Shown here: in pieces, positions 29,242 through 39,598 of the stretch
How positions within the stretch are numbered: the stretch's first letter is position 1
How the letters are laid out: each line of letters starts with the position of its first letter
NCBI GenBank assembly: GCA_964654825.1
Contig: CAZZKG010000014.1
Location: 1,416-65,415 of the forward strand
Direction of reading: 5' to 3'
Length of the DNA stretch: 64,000 nucleotides
Source of the DNA: an uncultured Gemmatimonadota bacterium
GTDB taxonomy: Bacteria; Gemmatimonadota; CAZMKB01
Notes under the pieces: model-generated
What the model saw: only the letters and a program-made list of their open reading frames with translations
Told to the model about the DNA's origin: nothing
The model's database searches: none
Program-made: the position numbers and the translations under genes

Positions 29242-30342
29242 ATGAAAATCGGTATTGTCGCCTACAAGTTCTTCCCGGTCGTGGGGGGCGCGGAAGCTTA
29301 CCTCCATGACCTGCACGGAATCCTCTCCGCAGCCGGCCACTCGGTGACCGTGTACCAGGCCCGTTCCGGCGAACGTCATCCGGGCATACACAGCCTCCCG
29401 AAACTGCCTGCATTCGTACCGAAACTGATTGCCTTTGACCTGGTTCTTCCCCTGGGCCTCCCCCGGCTGGTCCGGGAGGACATAGTCATCATCAGCTATC
29501 CTGAACATTTCCCGCCTATCTTCTGGCATCCACGTACAATCGTCATCTCACACGGATCGACGTGGACTCACGAACCGGAGGGTGTCAGAAAGGATCTCAG
29601 GATGTTGTCGGCGCGATGGGCTTACAGGAAAGCGAAAGGGTTCGTTTTCAATGACACGTTCACGCTGAGAGAGCTGGGGGTCCCGATAAAGCCGGGCGAG
29701 ATGGCCTTCTCCCAGGTGACAGAGAGAAGATGGTACATCCCCAACTGCGTGGACACAGGGCTCTTTACCAGGCGTCCCGGAATCCGGAAGATCGTGGATA
29801 AAAAACCGATACTCGTCCCGAGAAATTTTACCTACCCCCGGGGGATAGATCTCGCACTCGAGGCCTTCTCCCGGTTACTGGATTATCGGCAGGACGTGCA
29901 TCTTCTTCTCGCCGGGGAGGCCATCAGGGACATGCCGGAGTCCATCCGGTACGAGCAGGAGCTCCGAAGTATGGTGGAACGTCTATCACTCCATGAGAAA
30001 GTCTCATTCATCGGCAGGTACTCCCGCTCTGAAATGCCCGCTGTCTATTCGTCAGCGCTGGTAACTCTCATACCTTCCAGGATGAGCGAAGGGACATCTC
30101 TAGCCGCACTGGAGAGCATGGCGTGCGGTACCCCGGTCGTGACAACTCACGTGGAAGGCCTCATGGATATACCGGGACTCAAGTGCCTCCCCACACCTGA
30201 CGGTATCTTACAGGGCCTCAGGACAGCCCTCGAGACTCGGGAGGAGCTGGCGACGGAGCAGCAAAAGGAAGTGCGGGAGAAATTCGACAGGAAGCTCTGG
30301 GAGAAGGGCTGGCTCAGGGTTATCGAGGAGGTCTCGGGGTGA
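29242..30342 (+). CDS. GT4 glycosyltransferase
   Basis: MKIGIVAYKFFPVVGGAEAY... and C-terminal ...EGTSLAALESMACGTPVVTTHVEGL... . Confidence 0.75.
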   Translation: MKIGIVAYKFFPVVGGAEAYLHDLHGILSAAGHSVTVYQARSGERHPGIHSLPKLPAFVPKLIAFDLVLPLGLPRLVREDIVIISYPEHFPPIFWHPRTIVISHGSTWTHEPEGVRKDLRMLSARWAYRKAKGFVFNDTFTLRELGVPIKPGEMAFSQVTERRWYIPNCVDTGLFTRRPGIRKIVDKKPILVPRNFTYPRGIDLALEAFSRLLDYRQDVHLLLAGEAIRDMPESIRYEQELRSMVERLSLHEKVSFIGRYSRSEMPAVYSSALVTLIPSRMSEGTSLAALESMACGTPVVTTHVEGLMDIPGLKCLPTPDGILQGLRTALETREELATEQQKEVREKFDRKLWEKGWLRVIEEVSG

Positions 30343-30746
30343 AAATCGGCATCGATGTCAGGAAAATCCGGGACACCGGCATCGGGACATACATCAGGAA
30401 CATCATCACCCGGATGCTGTCCATCGGGGATGATGAGAAAGAGTTTGTCCTCTTTGGCCATCCCGGCGACAGGGACTACCTCAACCTGCCCGTCTCAGAA
30501 GCAATGGCGAAAGGCGTGCCTGTTGTGGCCTCCGGCGTCTCGAGTCACCCGGAAGTCGCCGGTGACGCGGCTCTCATGGTCGACCCCGAAGATCACCGGG
30601 GTGCGGCGGAGGCGATGATTAGGATAGTCACAAACCGGGAGGAACGCGACTCATTCATCCGGAGAGGACTCGAGCGGGCCAGGCTCTTCACCTGGGATGA
30701 AACAGCCAGAAAGACTCTCGCCTGTTACCGGGAGGTACGGGCATGA
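30339..30746 (+). pseudogene. Internally deleted GT4 glycosyltransferase remnant (135 aa, in-frame, still translationally coupled to both neighbours)
   Basis: The first ~50 aa (MKIGIDVRKIRDTGIGTYIRNIITRML...) match a GT4 N-terminus. Residues ~51-135 (VSEAMAKGVPVVASGVSSHPEVAGDAALMVDPEDH...FTWDETARKTLACYREV) match a GT4 C-terminus. The ~230-aa middle is missing. 4-nt ATGA overlaps at both ends. Confidence 0.5.
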
Positions 30747-31612
30747 TCACCTGTCACGCCGGCACTGATGCTGCGGAACCCGTATTTTCAATACTGATTC
30801 CTTCCTGGAACAACCTGGATTTCCTCAGGTTGTGTATCACCAGCATACGGAAAAATTCGACGTTCGAACATCAGGTTGTGGTGCACGCGAACGAGGGAAC
30901 CGACGGGACGCTCGGCTGGCTGAGCGAGGAACATATTGATCACAGTGTATCAAAGTCAAATATCGGGATCTGTCGTGCCGTGAATGAGGCGTTCTCCCTC
31001 GCGAAAGCCGGTCACATCGTGTATATGAACGATGACATGTACGTGTGCCCCGGCTGGGACTTTCATCTGCAGCGGGAGATCGACTCGATCGGACACAACA
31101 TGTTTTTTCTCTCCTCCACGATGATCGAACCCGTGAGGACGAGCAACAACTGCGTCATCGCCCCGAAGGACTTCGGGAGCTCACCGTTGGATTTCCGGGA
31201 GAGTGAGCTGCTGGCATCCTTCGAATCCTTTCCCTTCGAGAACCGGATGGGAAGCACATGGCCTCCGAACGTGACGCACCGCTCGTTGTGGGAGCAGGTC
31301 GGGGGATTCAGTGTCGAGTTCAGTCCGGGGATGTATTCGGACCCGGATTTTTCGATAAAACTCTGGAAAGCCGGTGTCCGGTACTTCAAGGGTGTCGGGA
31401 AAAGCAGAGTCTACCATTTCATGTCCAGGTCCACCGGGAGGGTGACGAAGAACAGAGGCAGAAAACGTTTCCTCATCAAATGGGGTATCAGCTCGTCCAC
31501 GTTTACGGCCAGGGTGCTGAGAAGAGGCGAAGTCTTTACCGGACCTCTCCCGGAGCATGATCTGAAACCTCCACTCGCAGACCGCATCAAACGGATATTC
31601 ACACGGTGGTGA
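30743..31612 (+). CDS. GT2 glycosyltransferase
   Basis: FSILIPSWNNLDFLRLCITSI... GT-A motifs. Confidence 0.7.
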   Translation: MITCHAGTDAAEPVFSILIPSWNNLDFLRLCITSIRKNSTFEHQVVVHANEGTDGTLGWLSEEHIDHSVSKSNIGICRAVNEAFSLAKAGHIVYMNDDMYVCPGWDFHLQREIDSIGHNMFFLSSTMIEPVRTSNNCVIAPKDFGSSPLDFRESELLASFESFPFENRMGSTWPPNVTHRSLWEQVGGFSVEFSPGMYSDPDFSIKLWKAGVRYFKGVGKSRVYHFMSRSTGRVTKNRGRKRFLIKWGISSSTFTARVLRRGEVFTGPLPEHDLKPPLADRIKRIFTRW

Positions 31613-31615
31613 GTC

Positions 31616-32362
31616 GTGACACACAGGTATGACGAGTTCCACAGCAGCTTCGCGAAGACCCGGCCGCAGGAACGTCTTATCGACAGGAGCAGCTTCACCT
31701 ATATCAATTTCTTTCGTTTCGTACTTCCGGTGATCGAGGCGGCACAGCCGGGACACATCCTCGACATCGGATCAGGCGCAGGGACAATCAGCCTGTTTCT
31801 CGGAAACCTCGGGTACCACACCGCCGGTGTCGACATCTCTCCGATCGCGGTCGGTGCTTCACGAGATTCAGCCCGCAGTATGGGATTGGAGGATCTGGTC
31901 AGCTTCGTCCACGCTGACTTTTCCCGGTTAGAGATGGAAACCCGATTCGATGTGGTTCTCTGCCTCGAAGTCATCGAACACCTGGAGGAGGATGATCGTT
32001 TCCTTTCGCAGGTCACGGGTGTTCTCCGGGAGAGCGGTCTCCTGATTATCTCAGCCCCGCTCTCGACGGCACCGCTCACGAGACTCGGCCTCACGAACGA
32101 GTTCGACTCCACGGTGGGGCATCTCCGGAGGTACCGTGAGGATCAGCTCATCAGGAAAATCGAGAACGCGGGTTTCGGCGTCGAACGGGTGACAACCACC
32201 GAGGGGATCCTGAGGAACAGCCTCTTCGTATTCAAACCCCTTCATGTCCTCGTTCGATGTGTGCGCGGCCGGTTCATCACTCGTCTGATCACGGCAGTTG
32301 ATGACCTCGCTGGCATGCTCCTCGGCTGCTCCGACATAATCATTGTGGCCCGGAAGAGTTGA
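31616..32362 (+). CDS. Class I SAM-dependent methyltransferase
   Basis: Motif I ILDIGSGAGTISLFL; post-I VDISP; ...LEVIEHLEED... . Confidence 0.75.
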   Translation: MTHRYDEFHSSFAKTRPQERLIDRSSFTYINFFRFVLPVIEAAQPGHILDIGSGAGTISLFLGNLGYHTAGVDISPIAVGASRDSARSMGLEDLVSFVHADFSRLEMETRFDVVLCLEVIEHLEEDDRFLSQVTGVLRESGLLIISAPLSTAPLTRLGLTNEFDSTVGHLRRYREDQLIRKIENAGFGVERVTTTEGILRNSLFVFKPLHVLVRCVRGRFITRLITAVDDLAGMLLGCSDIIIVARKS

Positions 32363-32432
32363 TGGTAAATCAATGGGCATACTGCCGTACCGAGAAAACG
32401 AGAACCCGAAATTTTTCACTCTCTGACCGGAG

Positions 32433-33995
32433 GTGGAAACGTTGAGAAAACCTGCATCGAAACTGTTATTGCTCACCCTGTTCTTCGCTCTCGTTTCGAC
32501 CGCTCACGGCGGAGACGAATCCCCGTATATCTATTCTTCGAGAGAAAACGTCCCCCGCCATTTGTCCTTCGTCACGGACAACCCGAAGTTCAACAGAATG
32601 TGGACCGAAACGATCATCGAAATCCTCTCCCGACAACTTGCGAACGGACAGCTGATCGAGAGTTCCGTCGAGTCGGGGCTCTATCCGAACAGCTTCCCCC
32701 GCAGCGTCACTCCAGTCATCCTCATCAAGAGCGGATACCTGGACCAGGCCCGGAAACGGCTCGATTTCCTCTGGGATCATCAGAAAAAAAACGGCTCGTT
32801 CTGGAATTTCCACGATCGGGAAGCGAAGGGAGGGGGAATCGTCGAGGAAGACGGCGGGTGCTACGTCGTCGGGCAAACCTATCTCTACTACCTGTACTCG
32901 GGAGACAGGAGTTACCTGGAGAAGCGGTGGAGTAAAACAGTAAGATCGATGAATTTTCTCGAAGATCTCTTTGACAAAGAGCTCAACCTCTTCTATTCCA
33001 CGGCCGGATACTCGGAAGGGAACATCAGGGGAGGATATAACATCTATCACCAGGCGATATCCGCCTACGGATTCCGGTCGGCAGCTGGTATCGCCCTGGC
33101 ACTCGGAAAAGACGGGGCCGCCGGCCGATACACTTCGTATGTCGAAAAGGTAAAAAAGGGTGTCTACGAGAACCTGTACAACCGGGAGAAAGAGAGGTTT
33201 TCCTTCCAGAGAAGCTCTGAAGGCGGGTTCTTCGATCCGCCGTATCCGGCTTTTCTCGTCCTCTCCTACTATGACATACTGGATCCCCGTGAGAAGTCAT
33301 TCGAAAACTCCTTCACCTACATGATGGAAGGTCCACGCTTCGGCGTGTACAGGGATGAGATCTTCGGGCTGGAACCGTTCGATCACAACCACTCTACCGG
33401 GAGAGGTTTCTGGCTCGGACAGAACGGTCACGGGTGGGTCATCCCCTATCTCCTGAAAGCGGGGAGGATGGAGGAAGCCGATGATTGGATCAGGAGTCTC
33501 ATCTCGATGACGGACGAGAAAACGTTTCTCGTTCCCGAGCACATCAACTGGAGTCACTGGGACCCTGACGGCGGCGAGTGGGCGGGCAAAAAGTACGGTG
33601 TGTACCCCGAGCCCTCGGCGTGGGTCGATCCGGGGAACCTCTACGCTCTCTCCACTGCCATGCACATGGTTTTCACCATCGTGGACGCCGATCCGGGAGA
33701 CCCGGGGCAGACCGTGTACTTTCGAGTCCCCCCTTCATTCGGTATGGTCGCAGTCACCAATCTCAGATCGACTCACGGGTACATCGATGCCAGTTTCGTT
33801 CAGTACGAAGGGAGCGTAAAGATTTCGATCGCCGGAGAAGGCGAGGGGAAGATCGTCATCGTCGGTCACGGTGAAACGGCGGAAGTCGAGAGGGACGGCA
33901 TACTGTACGACCGGTGGGTCATCGATCAGAACGGAGACCTCGACATCAGCACGGATTTCGAGCTGCACAAGTTTGTGATTCACAGCGGTGAGTAG
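32433..33995 (+). CDS. Secreted (alpha/alpha)6-barrel glycoside-hydrolase-like protein (glucoamylase/GH15-GH63-like fold), last gene of the plus-strand glycan operon
   Basis: Signal peptide; recurring aromatic/acidic helix-hairpin pattern. The family assignment is tentative. Confidence 0.45.
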   Translation: METLRKPASKLLLLTLFFALVSTAHGGDESPYIYSSRENVPRHLSFVTDNPKFNRMWTETIIEILSRQLANGQLIESSVESGLYPNSFPRSVTPVILIKSGYLDQARKRLDFLWDHQKKNGSFWNFHDREAKGGGIVEEDGGCYVVGQTYLYYLYSGDRSYLEKRWSKTVRSMNFLEDLFDKELNLFYSTAGYSEGNIRGGYNIYHQAISAYGFRSAAGIALALGKDGAAGRYTSYVEKVKKGVYENLYNREKERFSFQRSSEGGFFDPPYPAFLVLSYYDILDPREKSFENSFTYMMEGPRFGVYRDEIFGLEPFDHNHSTGRGFWLGQNGHGWVIPYLLKAGRMEEADDWIRSLISMTDEKTFLVPEHINWSHWDPDGGEWAGKKYGVYPEPSAWVDPGNLYALSTAMHMVFTIVDADPGDPGQTVYFRVPPSFGMVAVTNLRSTHGYIDASFVQYEGSVKISIAGEGEGKIVIVGHGETAEVERDGILYDRWVIDQNGDLDISTDFELHKFVIHSGE

Positions 33996-34019
33996 CAGGG
34001 AATCGGCATCTATCTCGAC

Positions 34020-35111
34020 TCAACGAATGATCGCAAAACGTATTGTCGTGACACTGTGATTCCCGCCGCCCTGACGACTCCACTCAACCTGGAACAGGTA
34101 GATACCGGGGGCGACGCGGTTCCCGCCGCCGTCGCGACCGTCCCAGACGACCCAGTGCTCGCCGGGATTCCCGATGATCGTTTCCGGGAGTGTGACAATG
34201 GCTCTCCCCGAAATGTCATACACCTTCGCCCCGAGCGTTCCGGACTCTTCGGTTCTCACGTGCAGCTTGACGAGAGCACCGCTCTCGAGCCGGCAGGGAT
34301 TGGGAAACACGTACAGATCGAAAAGCGTCCCAGGAGCTATTTGGCCTCCGTCAGGTCCCCCGGTGACCGGCAGATCGATTATCAACCACGAGAGCTCGAG
34401 CCCGATGAGCTCATGACCCCGCACACTCGGATGCACTCCATCGGTACCGATTAAAACCGAGAGCGAGTCGCCGAAAAGCCGCCCGACATCGACCAGCTCG
34501 GTTCCCTCTTCGGCCGCAACATTTCTGATCACCTGATCGTAGCTCTGCCAGAGGGTTTCGACACCGCCGTATACCTCATACAACGACCGATCGTGCCGCT
34601 CGTAGAATTTATCAGGAACCATGGGGACGAGAGAAAGAAGAATCGGGACGGCCCCCTCGGCCCGGGTTTCCTTCACCATGAAACGGAGAGCCTCACCGAA
34701 GTTCGATGGTGAAACCGTGAGTTCTTCATTCTCACGAAGCAGATCGTTCGCCCCGAAGAGGATTGTCACCACATCGGGTTTGTCTGACGCCAGATAACCG
34801 GCCAGAGCCAGCGCTCCATCCACACTCGTCTGCCCCGCTCCGGCATGATTGGAGACGGAAACATTCCGACCCGACGTTTGGAGAGATCTTTCGAGGACTG
34901 AAGTGTACCGGTTGGAGGTGTCGACAACTCCTTCAATGAAACCCTCCGTGATCGAATCACCGATCGACAGGATCACCAGGGGAGCGTTCTCCCCGGTAGA
35001 GAGGCGAGATGGGGAAAACACCACGGGCAGCACGATCAGACACAGAGAAAAGATACAACAACGTGAAGAACTGATATGGATCATCGAGTGAGCTACCGCC
35101 TCCCATCTCAC
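34020..35111 (-). CDS. Secreted SGNH/GDSL hydrolase with T9SS C-terminal sorting domain
   Basis: GDSITEG (block I), ...GANDL..., DGVHP (block V). C-terminus ...YVFPNPCR...GIYLFQVEW... . Confidence 0.7.
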   Translation of the reverse strand: MRWEAVAHSMIHISSSRCCIFSLCLIVLPVVFSPSRLSTGENAPLVILSIGDSITEGFIEGVVDTSNRYTSVLERSLQTSGRNVSVSNHAGAGQTSVDGALALAGYLASDKPDVVTILFGANDLLRENEELTVSPSNFGEALRFMVKETRAEGAVPILLSLVPMVPDKFYERHDRSLYEVYGGVETLWQSYDQVIRNVAAEEGTELVDVGRLFGDSLSVLIGTDGVHPSVRGHELIGLELSWLIIDLPVTGGPDGGQIAPGTLFDLYVFPNPCRLESGALVKLHVRTEESGTLGAKVYDISGRAIVTLPETIIGNPGEHWVVWDGRDGGGNRVAPGIYLFQVEWSRQGGGNHSVTTIRFAIIR

Positions 35112-35147
35112 TTACAAGAGAAAACACGAACCGTACCTGATCTCTCA

Positions 35148-35909
35148 TCACAACAATCGGGCTGCCGCTTCATCCACCAGCCGGATGAGCCTTCCCGCCG
35201 CCGGGTGGATGGCCTGTGCCGGATATCGGTCGAGATCGGTATCACCGGTCACCACAATGCGCAGGGCCTCCGCTTTCCCTTCACCGCTCACGAGAAAGAG
35301 CACGCAGGCCGCACTGTTGAAAACAGGGACGGTGAGGGTAATCCGCCGCGTTTTGAGTTTTTCGACGTAGGAAGTCACTACGAGACGTTTCTGCTCGAGT
35401 GCGGTGCCGGTACCGGGAAAGAGAGATGCCGTGTGTCCATCCGGCCCCATCCCGAGGAGAACGAGATCGAACCGCGGGAGATCCCCTGCGCTCAATCCAA
35501 ACTGCTTTATAAGCAGGCTTTCGTATCCTTCTGCGGCACTCTGAGCGTCCGGGTTCTCCGCCTCGATGCGGAACACCGTCTTCTGCCTGACGGGGACTTT
35601 CGAAAGAAGGGTCTCGCTCACCATCCTGTAGTTGCTGTCCGGATGGTCGGGCGGGACGGTCCGCTCATCCCCCCAGAAAAAACTCGCGCGGTCCCATGGC
35701 ACACGGCCCACGTAGGGTTCGCCTCCATCGGCAAGAAGTGTGTAAAGTGCCCGGGGTGTCGATCCACCCGACAGGCACACGCGGAACACACCTCTCTCCC
35801 GGACGGCCTCTTCGGCAAGCCCGACAAACAGTTCCGCGGCAGTACGGCTAAGCTCAGGCAGACCGCGGGCAATCCTGATATCTGGTTTGTCTGGACAGAG
35901 CAGCGTCAC
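35148..35909 (-). CDS. pgl: 6-phosphogluconolactonase
   Basis: ...VCLSGGSTPRALY...LGMGPDGHTASLFPG... . Confidence 0.85.
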   Translation of the reverse strand: MTLLCPDKPDIRIARGLPELSRTAAELFVGLAEEAVRERGVFRVCLSGGSTPRALYTLLADGGEPYVGRVPWDRASFFWGDERTVPPDHPDSNYRMVSETLLSKVPVRQKTVFRIEAENPDAQSAAEGYESLLIKQFGLSAGDLPRFDLVLLGMGPDGHTASLFPGTGTALEQKRLVVTSYVEKLKTRRITLTVPVFNSAACVLFLVSGEGKAEALRIVVTGDTDLDRYPAQAIHPAAGRLIRLVDEAAARLL

Positions 35910-36919
35910 CTCCCTGGTACGGCCGGTGAATCCTTCACCTGCATTCGTGCGTAGAGTGCGGCCCCGAGAAGGGCGGTCCGATCATTTGTGATCACCCGGA
36001 CAGGTACACGTTCCATGAGTGATCCCAGGCGTCCTTTCGTGGTGAACGCCTCCATGAAAAGCGGCTCATGGAGTTTTGGTAAAATCTTCGGAGCGATCCC
36101 ACCTCCCAGATAGACACCTCCGGTGGCGAGCATCTTCAGTGCGACATTGCCGGCTTCCGCCCCATATGCCGAGACAAACATGTCTAGCGCCTTCACGCAG
36201 AGATCGGTACCCTCATCGATAGCCGTCCTTGATATGACTGCTGGGGGATCTCCCTGCCGCAGTTTCTCGGGCAGCCAGTCAGGCTCTTCGCCCCTTCCGG
36301 TGTCACGCAGGAACTCGTAGATGTTAAGAAGGCCCGGTCCCGAGACCACACGCTCCCAGCTCACACGGCCGTAACGATCCGCGAGCCAGCGGAGCATATC
36401 GATCTCAAGAGTATTTCTCGGTGAGAAATCAGTATGTCCACCTTCGGTGGCGAAGGGCCTGAATCTGTCCCCGTCCCGAAAGAGACCCGCCTCCCCCAGC
36501 CCGGTCCCGGCGGAAATGATCGCCGCGTTTCCACACAGGTCAGGACTGCCGGCGTTCAGGACTGCGAGATCTTCCTCCCCGAGTAGACTTACACCGTAGG
36601 CGTTCGCCTCGAGATCATTGATCAGCCCGACGGATTCGAGTCCCAGCTCGGCCGCCAGATGAACCGAATCGACTACCCAGGGGAGATTGGAGGTCTCGAC
36701 ACGTCCGGCCACGACAGGGCCTGCCACGCCGAAACAAGCCGAACTTATGGGCCGGTCGCCATCCCTGACAAATGCTTTCACGATTTCCAGGAGACTCTGA
36801 TACCGGGTGCTGGGGAAGATTTCTATTCTCTGTATTTCAAACTCACCGTCTTCGGGACATAAGAAGGCAAGCCTCGCATTCGTGCCCCCGATATCACCGG
36901 CGAGTATTCTCATTCGCAT
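35906..36919 (-). CDS. glk: Glucokinase (ROK-independent Glk family)
   Basis: [19 protein letters not shown]... . The internal start at ~36919 overlaps the zwf stop by ~10 nt; the track's 37015 start would overlap zwf extensively. Confidence 0.8.
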   Translation of the reverse strand: MRMRILAGDIGGTNARLAFLCPEDGEFEIQRIEIFPSTRYQSLLEIVKAFVRDGDRPISSACFGVAGPVVAGRVETSNLPWVVDSVHLAAELGLESVGLINDLEANAYGVSLLGEEDLAVLNAGSPDLCGNAAIISAGTGLGEAGLFRDGDRFRPFATEGGHTDFSPRNTLEIDMLRWLADRYGRVSWERVVSGPGLLNIYEFLRDTGRGEEPDWLPEKLRQGDPPAVISRTAIDEGTDLCVKALDMFVSAYGAEAGNVALKMLATGGVYLGGGIAPKILPKLHEPLFMEAFTTKGRLGSLMERVPVRVITNDRTALLGAALYARMQVKDSPAVPGR

Positions 36920-38445
36920 GTCCACCACTCCCGTCCATCTCCGGCAAGCATCTCGTCCGCCTCGGCAGGACCCCACGTACCGGCATCGTAATTGGGGAAA
37001 CTCCCTCCCGGACATTCCCGGCAGGCTTCCAGAATCGGATCCACGACAGCCCAGCTCGCCTCCACCATGTCGGCACGCTGGAACAGGGTGGCATCACCCT
37101 GGATGCAATCGTTCAAAAGACGCTCGTACCCCGTGCTGGGAGTGTTTCCAAAATAATCCCTGTACTGAAAATCCATATCCACTGTCCCCACACGCACGAC
37201 CGGTCCGGGCACTTTCGCCCCGAAACTCAGTGAGATGCCTTCATCGGGCTGGATGCGGATGCATAATCTGTTCGGATTCAACTGATCGACGGGTGTCTGT
37301 TGAAAGAGTACGAACGGAGCCCGCTTGAACTGGACGGTCACTTCGGTCACACGACGGGGAAGACGCTTCCCCGTGCGGAGATAGATCGGGACATCCGCCC
37401 AACGCCAGTTGTCGATACTCAACTTCAGGGCCACAAATGTCTCGGTGAGGGAATCGGGGTCCACATGTGGTTCCTCACGATAGGAAGGTACGGGTTCGCC
37501 GCGCACTGTCCCCTCGCCATACTGCCCTCTTACCACACACCCGAGGGCATCCTCGGGTGTGATCAGCTGTATCGCCCGGAGAATTTTTACCTGTTCATCA
37601 CGGACGGCATCGGCATCGAATGAAATGGGCGGTTCCATGCCGATCAGGGTTATGAGCTGGAAGATGTGGTTCGGTACCATGTCACGGATCGCCCCGGCAT
37701 GATCGTAATATCCCCCGCGCTGCCCGACGCCGAGGTCCTCGGCGACCGTTATCTGCACATGGTCCACATAACGCCTGTTCCACAGGGGTTCGAAGATACC
37801 ATTTGCGAAGCGAAAAACCAGGATGTTCTGGACCGTCTCTTTTCCGAGATAATGATCGATACGATAGATCTGATTTTCTTTCAACACCTTTCGGATCTCC
37901 CGGTTGAGAGCTACAGCGGAGGAGAGATCGCGACCGAAAGGTTTTTCTATAATGACCCGTCGCCAGAAATCTCTCGTATCGTGGGCCAGACCGGCCTCGC
38001 CGATCCGGCGGATGATCGTAGAAAAAAACCTGGGTGCTGTCGCGAGATAGTAAAAGTAGTTCCCTCCTGTCCCTTCCTTCTGATCCACGGTGGACAGCAG
38101 TTCACGGAGCCTGGTGTAGGTTTCCGCCTCATCCACGTCGCCCGGTAAGTAATACAGACGATTCATCAGAGATTCCCGGAGAGTGGTGTCGATCGTGTCT
38201 GAAACGAACTCTTCGATGTCCAGACTCATCTTATTCCGAAACTCTTCCGAACTCATCATTGAACGGGAGACCCCGACTACCGAGAAGTTATCAGGCAGCA
38301 GATCGATCTCCGCAAGGTTGTAAAGCGCCGGTATCAGTTTTCTCCTGGTCAGATCCCCCGATGCCCCGAAGATGATCATGACACATGGATCCTGAGCCTG
38401 ATGAACAGACAAATCGATCGACCCGTTCTCCTTCTTACACTCCAT
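36910..38445 (-). CDS. zwf: Glucose-6-phosphate 1-dehydrogenase
   Basis: ...[20 protein letters not shown]..., ...DHYLGKE..., ...[14 protein letters not shown]... . Confidence 0.9.
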   Translation of the reverse strand: MECKKENGSIDLSVHQAQDPCVMIIFGASGDLTRRKLIPALYNLAEIDLLPDNFSVVGVSRSMMSSEEFRNKMSLDIEEFVSDTIDTTLRESLMNRLYYLPGDVDEAETYTRLRELLSTVDQKEGTGGNYFYYLATAPRFFSTIIRRIGEAGLAHDTRDFWRRVIIEKPFGRDLSSAVALNREIRKVLKENQIYRIDHYLGKETVQNILVFRFANGIFEPLWNRRYVDHVQITVAEDLGVGQRGGYYDHAGAIRDMVPNHIFQLITLIGMEPPISFDADAVRDEQVKILRAIQLITPEDALGCVVRGQYGEGTVRGEPVPSYREEPHVDPDSLTETFVALKLSIDNWRWADVPIYLRTGKRLPRRVTEVTVQFKRAPFVLFQQTPVDQLNPNRLCIRIQPDEGISLSFGAKVPGPVVRVGTVDMDFQYRDYFGNTPSTGYERLLNDCIQGDATLFQRADMVEASWAVVDPILEACRECPGGSFPNYDAGTWGPAEADEMLAGDGREWWTCE

Positions 38446-38567
38446 TTTTCTTCCCCTGCCTGAGATCAGATGATTGTCGGTCGCCCTGAGTGAGCATTCT
38501 CCTTCTTCACACCTCGTTGTTTGATCGCACGAACAGCCTCAGTGCACCACCGTATTTATTAACATGA

Positions 38568-39545
38568 CTACTGAGGCGGCTCTTCATGTCCGCCGAACTT
38601 GTACCGCATCGCGGAAAGTACCTTGTCAGCAAAAGTGTGTTCCTGTCTGGACCGGAAGCGGGCATATAACGCCGCCGAGAGGACATCCGCCGGGACGGCT
38701 TCTTCGACTGCAGCCAGAACAGTCCATCGCCCCTCTCCGGAGTCCTGCACGTATCCGGAATATTTGTCCAGATGCTGATCTTCCCGCAGTGCCATCGCCG
38801 AAAGATCGAGCAGCCATGACCCGATCACACTTCCCCTCCTCCACACCTCGGCGATACCGGCGAGATCGAGATCATACCGGTAATCTTCGGGCAGTTCGCT
38901 CGACCGGGCACTCTTGAGGATGTCGAATCCCTCCGCATAGGCCTGCATCAGACCATATTCTATCCCGTTGTGGATCATCTTGACGAAGTGTCCAGCACCG
39001 CAGGGCCCGCAGTGGAAATACCCTTCCTCCGATGTACCTGCAGTATCCTCTGCTCCAGGTGTTCGAGGAATGTCCCCGCGTCCGGGAGCCAGCGTCCGGA
39101 AGATCGGGTCGAGGTTCGCGACCACCTTTTTTTCACCGCCGATCATGAGGCAGTATCCTCTCTCGAGACCCCAGACGCCACCGCTCGTCCCGACGTCGAC
39201 ATAATGGATCTTCTTCCCGGCGAGGAATCCGGCACGTCTGACATCGTCCTTGAAATACGAGTTTCCACCGTCGATGATCACATCGCCGGACTCCATGAGC
39301 TCTCCCAGTTCCCGTACGACCTGTTCGGTCGGATCACCGGAAGGCACCATTACCCAGGCCGTGCGCGGCTTTTCGAGTTTTCTCACGATATCCTCCAGGG
39401 AGGAGGCGCCGGTTGCTCCTTCTCCAACCATTTTCTCCACCTCGTCCGAACTCCTGGAGTATACGACGCACTGATGATTGTCCTTCATCAGACGAAGCGC
39501 CATGTTACCCCCCATTCTTCCTAGACCGATCATTCCTATCTGCAT
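38568..39545 (-). CDS. gnd: 6-phosphogluconate dehydrogenase (decarboxylating), short ~300-aa YqeC/GntZ-like form
   Basis: [19 protein letters not shown]... NAD(P)-binding N-terminus and a 6PGD C-terminal domain. Confidence 0.85.
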   Translation of the reverse strand: MQIGMIGLGRMGGNMALRLMKDNHQCVVYSRSSDEVEKMVGEGATGASSLEDIVRKLEKPRTAWVMVPSGDPTEQVVRELGELMESGDVIIDGGNSYFKDDVRRAGFLAGKKIHYVDVGTSGGVWGLERGYCLMIGGEKKVVANLDPIFRTLAPGRGDIPRTPGAEDTAGTSEEGYFHCGPCGAGHFVKMIHNGIEYGLMQAYAEGFDILKSARSSELPEDYRYDLDLAGIAEVWRRGSVIGSWLLDLSAMALREDQHLDKYSGYVQDSGEGRWTVLAAVEEAVPADVLSAALYARFRSRQEHTFADKVLSAMRYKFGGHEEPPQ

Positions 39546-39598
39546 AAGGCTTCCCTTCTCCTGTCACTGTGTTTACGAACGGATATTTTGAAATACAT

